Origin: Candidatus Marinacidobacterium sp.
GTDB lineage: Bacteria > Acidobacteriota > Vicinamibacteria > Marinacidobacterales > Marinacidobacteraceae
NCBI GenBank assembly: GCA_965204755.1
Contig: OZ242011.1
Location: 640,001-704,000 of the forward strand
DNA length: 64,000 nucleotides
Reading direction: 5' to 3'
The notes beneath the pieces are model-generated. The model was not told the origin of the DNA. It saw only the letters and a list, made by a program, of their open reading frames with translations, and did not search any database. A program made the position numbers and the translations under genes. How positions within the stretch are numbered: the first letter of the stretch is position 1; every line of letters starts with the position of its first letter. Shown one piece after another: positions 57,935-64,000 of the stretch.

Positions 57935-60880
57935 CTACGCCTTGCGGAACCCCTCGAATACCGGCTCGGCGACCAGGGCGTACTCCTCGGCCTGCTCGAA
58001 CCGGTAGGTGAAACTCCGTTTCGCGGCCGGGCGCTTCTTGCCCCCGTGCACCGAGGGCTCCGCGCACCATTTGGCGGCGAGCCGCCGCACGCCCCGGAAG
58101 GTGTCTTCGTCGAAGCCCAGCAGGTCGCACACCACCCGCCGATCGAGGAGCGCGCGATTCGGGTCGGTGTCGGCGAGATACGCGGGCTGCAGGGCCAAGT
58201 CCCGAAACTCGTCGAAGATGAGGCGGGCGCTGTCGAGTTGGCGCTCGTCGAGTTCGCGAAAGTCGAGTACGGGAAGCGCGTCCATGCCCGTCACGGTGAT
58301 GGCGGCCTTGCTCGACTGTTGTCGGTTCGCATGCCACCAGTGACCGACGAGACCCGGCGAGCAGTTGCCCCACAGGCTGAACACGAAGTCGAAGCGCGAG
58401 TCGTCCAGGAGCACGCTCGGCCAGACGCGCCCGCCGATCGACTTCCGCTCGGTGAACGCCACGGCCAGCGCCTGCGATCCGAAAGTGAACTCCCCATTCA
58501 AGTGTGCGCGACTGGCTGTCGCCCACGCCTCGGCGGCCCTGGACTCCCGTCGCCTTCGCACCTGGAGCGAGGTGTCCGGTGAGACGACCAGACGCGCCTC
58601 GGCCCGCGCCCGGTGATTCCACAGGGCCGGGTAAGTGGCCGTCGGCGAAGGCGGCCTTCGTTCGAATGCCCCGGGCCGGCCGGCGATGTTCATGTGATGC
58701 CACCCGCGGCGCCCCAAGTCCGCGAGTCCGGTCGTCGCCAGCGGAATCGGGTTCGCGATTCCGGGCAGCCACAGGCTCGAACGGGACAGGGCCTCCGCAG
58801 TTTGGGCGACGGAGAAGTCCCGCATTCGCACGGCGTTCCATGCCGCTCCGCTCCCGGACACAGCGTTCATGATCTCGCCGATACCGTCCTCCCCGATCTC
58901 GACCGGCGTGCCGCCGTAAGGCCCGTCCTCCAGGGCGCGGGCGTCGCGGAGGCCGGCGATCTTCCGCGAGATCGTCGCGGCGGCGGCGAATCCGCGCGGC
59001 CGCCCGGCCAGCGAGACGAACGCGCGACCGCGACTCTCGCCGGAAGTATCCCCGGAGCGCTTTCGCGCCACGACGAGGCACTCGGCCATGCCCGTGTCCG
59101 CCGAGAAGGACATTTCGGCGCCGGTCGCCGCGAGGCTGACGATCTTCAGGTCCTCGTACCCCGCGTCGAAGAGGCGGCGGACCCCTTTCCAGGACGCGCC
59201 GGCGGCGACCGACAGGGGCAGCACGAGCGCGACGACTCCCCCCGGCTTGACCTTGCGGTCGGCGAGGGCGACGAACGCGGAAGCGATCCCCGCGTAACCG
59301 TGGTAACACGAACCCCGCGCGAACCCCGTGACCCGGGCCGCCATGTCCTTTTGGGTCTCCAGACTGGTGCTCAGTCCGCGAAACTGCTTGATCGAGTCCT
59401 CCTTGCGTCCGCTTCCCTCCCAGTCCGAGCCGGCGCGGGTGAACGGCGGGTTCATGATGACGAGGTCGAAGCCGCCGTCCCGGACCTCGGTCGTTACCGC
59501 CGCCGAGGTCTCCTCCCCGACGCTGCCGGTTCGGAGCGCCGGGTCGCTCGTGTTGAAAAGCGTCTGCACTTCGGAGGCGCGCAGCAATTCCAGCGAACCG
59601 AGTTGCACCTCGCCGTCCTTCTGCCGGCCGTAGGGAAGCGTGTAGAGGCGGGACAGCCGGAACCCCTGCCCGGGCGCCAGGCCGGAGAGCGTGGACCCCG
59701 TGATGTGGACCGCCGAAGGCATGACATCACAGCCGTAGAGGACCTCCTCCATCAGCGGACGATGGAGTTTCGAGGCGTCGCCGCCGGCCCGCTCGTGGCG
59801 CGCCGCGATTTCCTCGTACGCCGCGGACAGCAGCGCGCCGGTGCCGCAGGCGAAGTCGCCCACCCGGAGGCGGCCGATCCGTCCGGCGTCCGACCAGTCC
59901 ACCCCGTCCAGCAGGGAAATCGCCAGGCGGGCGAGCAGGGAGGCCGAGGCCGGGAGCGTGTAGAAGGTCGCCAGGTACTTCCGGTCGGCGATCAGCCGCT
60001 GGAAGATGCGGCCGGTCAGGTCGTGGGCGTTCGTCACGCCCAGCGTTTCCATCTCGTCCGTCATCTCGAACAGGCGCTCCAGCATCCAGCGCGCGGCGCC
60101 GGCCGGAATGTGGTTCAGGATGTCCCGCGCGATGGCGAAGATGGACCAGTAGTTGAGTTCGAGGATTCGCGTCCACTCCTCGCGAATCGGCTTTTGCAGG
60201 TTCATCGCGTCCCCGCAGACCAGGCGGGGCGGGGTGATTTCGTCCGTGATCCCGGCGAGGCGGTGGTGGAAGACGACGGCGTTCGCCAGGATCGCGCAGG
60301 CCATCCGGCGCGTCTGCTCGACATCGGGCATACCGAGGAGCCGGGCGATGTCCGGCACGACTCCCGGAACATCCTTGAATCCCCAGGACGCCTGTTCGAT
60401 TCCCTGCTCCATCAGGTCGGCGGCCCGGTCGAACGCGCGGCGGGGGACGGAAGCCACTCGAACCAGGTCCGACAGTTCCTCGACCGAGCCTTCGAGCCAC
60501 CCGGTCTCCGGGAACCGCGTCCCGTCGGCGTGGAAGACGGCGAAGGCGAGACGGGATTGCCGGAGGGGGGCTTCGAGTTCGTACTCGTCCTTCAGCCCCG
60601 CCGGATACCGCACCGCGATCGCGGATTCGATGGGCCGCGTCTCGCCGGCGACCCGGAGGTCGAGCCGGGCCCGCGCTTCCTTCTCGACGGTCCTCGCCGG
60701 TTCGTACTCCGCCTCGATGACCACCGGGGCGCCTCCCGGATCGGTGATGAGGAGATCGGGACGCCCGCCGCTCCCGGCCAGCAGCCCGGCGTGTTCCGCC
60801 CGGATCACGCTCCGGGGCAGCATCCCCCGAAGGAGTGAGCCGAGCGCGTTGTTCGCGTTGGCTTCGACCTGCCCGACCAT
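57935..60880 (-). CDS. Type IIG-like fused endonuclease / amino-DNA-methyltransferase, copy A
   Basis: N-terminal RPD...VIEAE, motif I DFACGTG, motif IV NPPF, C-terminal TRD. Confidence 0.85.
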   Translation of the reverse strand: MVGQVEANANNALGSLLRGMLPRSVIRAEHAGLLAGSGGRPDLLITDPGGAPVVIEAEYEPARTVEKEARARLDLRVAGETRPIESAIAVRYPAGLKDEYELEAPLRQSRLAFAVFHADGTRFPETGWLEGSVEELSDLVRVASVPRRAFDRAADLMEQGIEQASWGFKDVPGVVPDIARLLGMPDVEQTRRMACAILANAVVFHHRLAGITDEITPPRLVCGDAMNLQKPIREEWTRILELNYWSIFAIARDILNHIPAGAARWMLERLFEMTDEMETLGVTNAHDLTGRIFQRLIADRKYLATFYTLPASASLLARLAISLLDGVDWSDAGRIGRLRVGDFACGTGALLSAAYEEIAARHERAGGDASKLHRPLMEEVLYGCDVMPSAVHITGSTLSGLAPGQGFRLSRLYTLPYGRQKDGEVQLGSLELLRASEVQTLFNTSDPALRTGSVGEETSAAVTTEVRDGGFDLVIMNPPFTRAGSDWEGSGRKEDSIKQFRGLSTSLETQKDMAARVTGFARGSCYHGYAGIASAFVALADRKVKPGGVVALVLPLSVAAGASWKGVRRLFDAGYEDLKIVSLAATGAEMSFSADTGMAECLVVARKRSGDTSGESRGRAFVSLAGRPRGFAAAATISRKIAGLRDARALEDGPYGGTPVEIGEDGIGEIMNAVSGSGAAWNAVRMRDFSVAQTAEALSRSSLWLPGIANPIPLATTGLADLGRRGWHHMNIAGRPGAFERRPPSPTATYPALWNHRARAEARLVVSPDTSLQVRRRRESRAAEAWATASRAHLNGEFTFGSQALAVAFTERKSIGGRVWPSVLLDDSRFDFVFSLWGNCSPGLVGHWWHANRQQSSKAAITVTGMDALPVLDFRELDERQLDSARLIFDEFRDLALQPAYLADTDPNRALLDRRVVCDLLGFDEDTFRGVRRLAAKWCAEPSVHGGKKRPAAKRSFTYRFEQAEEYALVAEPVFEGFRKA

Positions 60881-60905
60881 GGTGGAGACGCCCTTCCCCT
60901 CGCCG

Positions 60906-63854
60906 CTACGCCTTGCGGAAGCCCTCGAATACCGGCTCGGCGACCAGGGCGTACTCCTCGGCCTGCTCGAACCGGTAGGTGAAACTCCGTTTCGCGGCCG
61001 GGCGCTTCTTGCCCCCGTGCACCGAGGGCTCCGCGCACGACTTGGCGGCGAGCCGCCGCACGCCCCGGAAAGTGTCCTCGTCGAAGCCCAGCAGGTCGCA
61101 CACCACCCGCCGATCGAGGAGCGCGCGATTCGGGTCGGTGTCGGCGAGATACGCGGGTTGCAGGGCCAAGTCCCGAAACTCGTCGAAGATGAGGCGGGCG
61201 CCCTCGAGTCGATCGTCGTCGAGTTCGCGAAAGTCGAGTACGGGAAGGTCTTCGGCTGACCGGACGGTCACGCCCGCCTTGCTCGACTGTTGCCGATTCG
61301 CATGCCACCAGTGGGCGACCAGGCCCAAGGTGCCGTTGCTCCAGGCCGAGAGCGCCCAATCGAACCGCTGGTCCGCGAAGCGCACATTCGGCCACACGCG
61401 ACCGCCGATCGCCCGCTCCTCCGTGACCGCCACGGCGAGGCACTGGGCGCCGAAGGTGAAGTCCAGGTTCAGATGGGCCCTGCTGGCCGTCGCCCACACT
61501 CGGGACGCCTTCTCCTCCATGCCCCGGCGAACCTGCAGTTGTGAATCCGGCGCCACGACGAGCCGGTTCTCCCGCCGGGCATGGTGGTTCCACAGCGCCG
61601 GATAAGTCGCCGTCGGACTCGCGGCGAGACGTTGGAACGGGCCCCGAGGCGGCCGGCCGATGATGTCGAGGTGGTAGAGACCGAGGTCCGCGATTTCCGC
61701 GAGACGGGTCATGGGCAGAGGCAGGGCGTTCGCGTCACCCGGGAGGTGCAGGCGTCCTTCCGAGAGCGCGAAAGCCGTCTGCGCCACCGCCGCATCGGCG
61801 ACGCGCACGCAACTCCAGCGATTCGACGACGAGGACGAGGGGGACGCGATCACGAGTTCGCCGACCCGGTCGTGGCCGTGTTGGAGGACATCGCCTCCGT
61901 AGGGCCCGTCGCGCAAGTGTCGGGCGCCCGGAGTGGACTCGGCCGTCCTCGCCAACGCCGCGGCTTGGGGGAAACTCCCGGGCCTTTCGTTCAGCGACAC
62001 GAAACGCGCGTCCTCGTCGCCCGCTTCGCCGTCGCGGCGTTTGCGCGCCACGACCAGGCACTCCGCCATCCCCGTATCCGAGGAGAACGACATCCGGGCG
62101 CCGTTCGCCGCGATACTCACCACCGTGAGCCCGGTGTAGCGCTCCGCGAGCATGCGCCGGAAACCCTGCCAGGCGTGGCCGCCGGCCGCCGACAGGGGCA
62201 GGACCAACGCGATCACGCCCCCGGGCCGGAGTTTCCGGTCGGCCAGGTCGGCGAAGGCCGAAGCGATCCCGGCGTTTCCGTGGTAGGAGTCTCCCCGCCG
62301 AAGTCGGCCCATGCGTTTCGCCATGTCCCGCTGGTCCGACTCGCTGGCATCGAACGCGGCGAAGGCCGCGGCCGTGGCTCCGGCGGTCGCCCCCTCCCGG
62401 GTCACATTGCGGGTGAACGGCGGGTTCATGATGACGAGATCGAAGTCACCATCCCGGATCTCGGTCGTTACCGCCACCGAGGTCTCCTGCCCGGCGCTGC
62501 CGGTTCGAAGCGCCGGGTCGCTCGTGTTGAAGAGCGCCCGCAGTTCCGAAGCGCGCAGGAGTTCCAGGGAGCCGAGCCGCACATCGCCGTCCGGCTGCCG
62601 ACCGTAGGCGAGCGTGTAGAGGCGGGAAAGGTCGAACCCCTGCCCGGGCGCCAGGCCGGAAAGCGTGGAACCGGTGATGTGGACCGCCGAAGGCATGACA
62701 TCGCAGCCGTAGAGGACTTCTTCCAGCAAGGGGCGATGGAGTTCCGAGCCGTCGCCGCCGGCGCGTTCGTGGCGCGCCGCGATTTCCTCGTACGCCGCGG
62801 ACAGCAGCGCGCCGGTGCCGCAGGCGAAGTCGCCCACCCGGAGTCGGCTGATCCGCCCGCTGTCCGACCAGTCCACATCGTCCAACCGGGCGACCGCCAG
62901 GCGGGCGAGCAGGGAGGCCGAGGCCGGGAGCGTGTAGAAGGTCGCCAGGTATTTGCGGTCGGCGATCAGCCGCTGGAAGATGCGGCCGGTCAGGTCATGG
63001 GCGTTCGTTACGCCCAGCGCGTCCATCTCGTCCGCCATCTCGAACAGGCGCTCCAGCACTCGGCGCGCGGCGCCGGCCAGGAGGTGATCGAGAATGTCCC
63101 TCGCGATGGCGAAGATCGGCCAGTAGTTGATGGCGAGGATCCGCGTCCACTCCTCGCGAATCGGTTTTTGCAGGTTCACCGCGTCCCCGCAGACCGTGCG
63201 AGGCGCAGTGACTCCTTCCGTGATTCCGGCGAGGCGGTGATGGAAGACGACGGCGTTCGCCAGGATCGCGCAGGCCATCCGGCGCGTCTGTTCGACATCG
63301 GGCATCCCGAGCAGTTTGGCGATGCGGGCCACCGACCCCGGCGCCTCCTCGAGTGACCGGGACGACCGTTCGATTCCCTGCTCCATCAGGTCGGCGGCCC
63401 GGTCGAAGGCGCGACGCGGCACGGAAGCCACGCGAACCAGGTCCGACAGTTCCTCGACCGAGCCTTCGAGCCACCCGGTCTCGGGGAACCGCGTCCCGTC
63501 GGCGTGGAAGACGGCGAAAGCGAGACGGGATTGCCGGAGGGGGGCTTCGAGTTCGTACTGGTCTTTCAGCCCCGCCGGATACCGCACCGCGATCGCGGAC
63601 TCGACCGGGCGCGCCTCGTCGGCGACTTCGAGGTCGAGACGGCTCCGCGCTTCCTTCTCGACGGTCCTCGCCGGCTCGTACTCCGCCTCGATGACCACCG
63701 GGGCGCCTCCCGGATCGGTGATGAGGAGATCCGGACGCCCGCCGCTTCCGATCAGGAGCCCGGCGTGTTCCGCCCGGATCACGCTCCGGGGCAGCATTCC
63801 CCGAAGGAGTGAGCCGAGCGCGTTGTTCGCGTTGGCTTCGACCTGCCCGACCAT
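60906..63854 (-). CDS. Type IIG-like fused endonuclease / amino-DNA-methyltransferase, copy B
   Basis: Same architecture; termini nearly identical to copy A, post-NPPF/TRD region divergent. Confidence 0.85.
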   Translation of the reverse strand: MVGQVEANANNALGSLLRGMLPRSVIRAEHAGLLIGSGGRPDLLITDPGGAPVVIEAEYEPARTVEKEARSRLDLEVADEARPVESAIAVRYPAGLKDQYELEAPLRQSRLAFAVFHADGTRFPETGWLEGSVEELSDLVRVASVPRRAFDRAADLMEQGIERSSRSLEEAPGSVARIAKLLGMPDVEQTRRMACAILANAVVFHHRLAGITEGVTAPRTVCGDAVNLQKPIREEWTRILAINYWPIFAIARDILDHLLAGAARRVLERLFEMADEMDALGVTNAHDLTGRIFQRLIADRKYLATFYTLPASASLLARLAVARLDDVDWSDSGRISRLRVGDFACGTGALLSAAYEEIAARHERAGGDGSELHRPLLEEVLYGCDVMPSAVHITGSTLSGLAPGQGFDLSRLYTLAYGRQPDGDVRLGSLELLRASELRALFNTSDPALRTGSAGQETSVAVTTEIRDGDFDLVIMNPPFTRNVTREGATAGATAAAFAAFDASESDQRDMAKRMGRLRRGDSYHGNAGIASAFADLADRKLRPGGVIALVLPLSAAGGHAWQGFRRMLAERYTGLTVVSIAANGARMSFSSDTGMAECLVVARKRRDGEAGDEDARFVSLNERPGSFPQAAALARTAESTPGARHLRDGPYGGDVLQHGHDRVGELVIASPSSSSSNRWSCVRVADAAVAQTAFALSEGRLHLPGDANALPLPMTRLAEIADLGLYHLDIIGRPPRGPFQRLAASPTATYPALWNHHARRENRLVVAPDSQLQVRRGMEEKASRVWATASRAHLNLDFTFGAQCLAVAVTEERAIGGRVWPNVRFADQRFDWALSAWSNGTLGLVAHWWHANRQQSSKAGVTVRSAEDLPVLDFRELDDDRLEGARLIFDEFRDLALQPAYLADTDPNRALLDRRVVCDLLGFDEDTFRGVRRLAAKSCAEPSVHGGKKRPAAKRSFTYRFEQAEEYALVAEPVFEGFRKA

Positions 63855-64000
63855 GGTGGAGACGCCCTTCGGGGTGGATTTTGCGCTAACGGTTGCTTAC
63901 GAGGAAGTCAAACGAAAGATCGCGGACGAATCACTGCGCGGCCGAACGGCCGCGCGCCGCGCGGCTTCAGGCGCGTGGACGACCGGAGATATCGAGAGCG

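Larger units (their letters stand above)
57922..63870. repeat. Head-to-tail ~2.97-kb direct repeat (2 units) joined at CTTC
   Basis: CTTC at 57922, 60893 and 63867; unit lengths 2971 and 2974 bp. Confidence 0.85.

Noticed and set aside
57922-63870. Classical integron or diversity-generating retroelement explanation for the R-M tandem
   Set aside because: No attC (RYYYAAC...GTTRRRY) structures, integrase or reverse transcriptase, and the differences are not adenine-specific.

Overview
High-GC bacterial chromosome segment, most consistent with an Acidobacteriota genome. The support is a GTTC-N7-GTTC LexA box before recA plus VPS10-type, DUF2911, ECF/PDZ and PaoABC-like gene content; the taxon is an inference. 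The window is mostly housekeeping: argR-C-D-F'-B, uvrB, ispH, purA, trxB, rsmA, uppP, ftsK, an amidase, tRNA-Phe, recA, hbd/thiolase and lat. Accessory DNA interrupts it: three ABC/SMC-type ATPase + partner two-gene modules, a Tat-exported molybdoenzyme cluster with uncharacterised accessory genes, and a precise head-to-tail pair of promoterless Type IIG-like restriction-modification genes that differ mainly in their specificity regions. The strongest signals outside the annotation are: (1) a palindromic MITE-like family, one copy of which sits in frame (221 bp + 4-bp CTAA duplication = 75 codons) inside a DEDDh exonuclease gene; (2) near-total absence of AGCT and ACGT except in the tRNA and one recently acquired island; (3) a voltage-sensor K+-channel homologue with a rebuilt selectivity filter; (4) a degenerate target duplication bracketing one ATPase-nuclease module. 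All calls come from motif reading by eye; no database searches were run.
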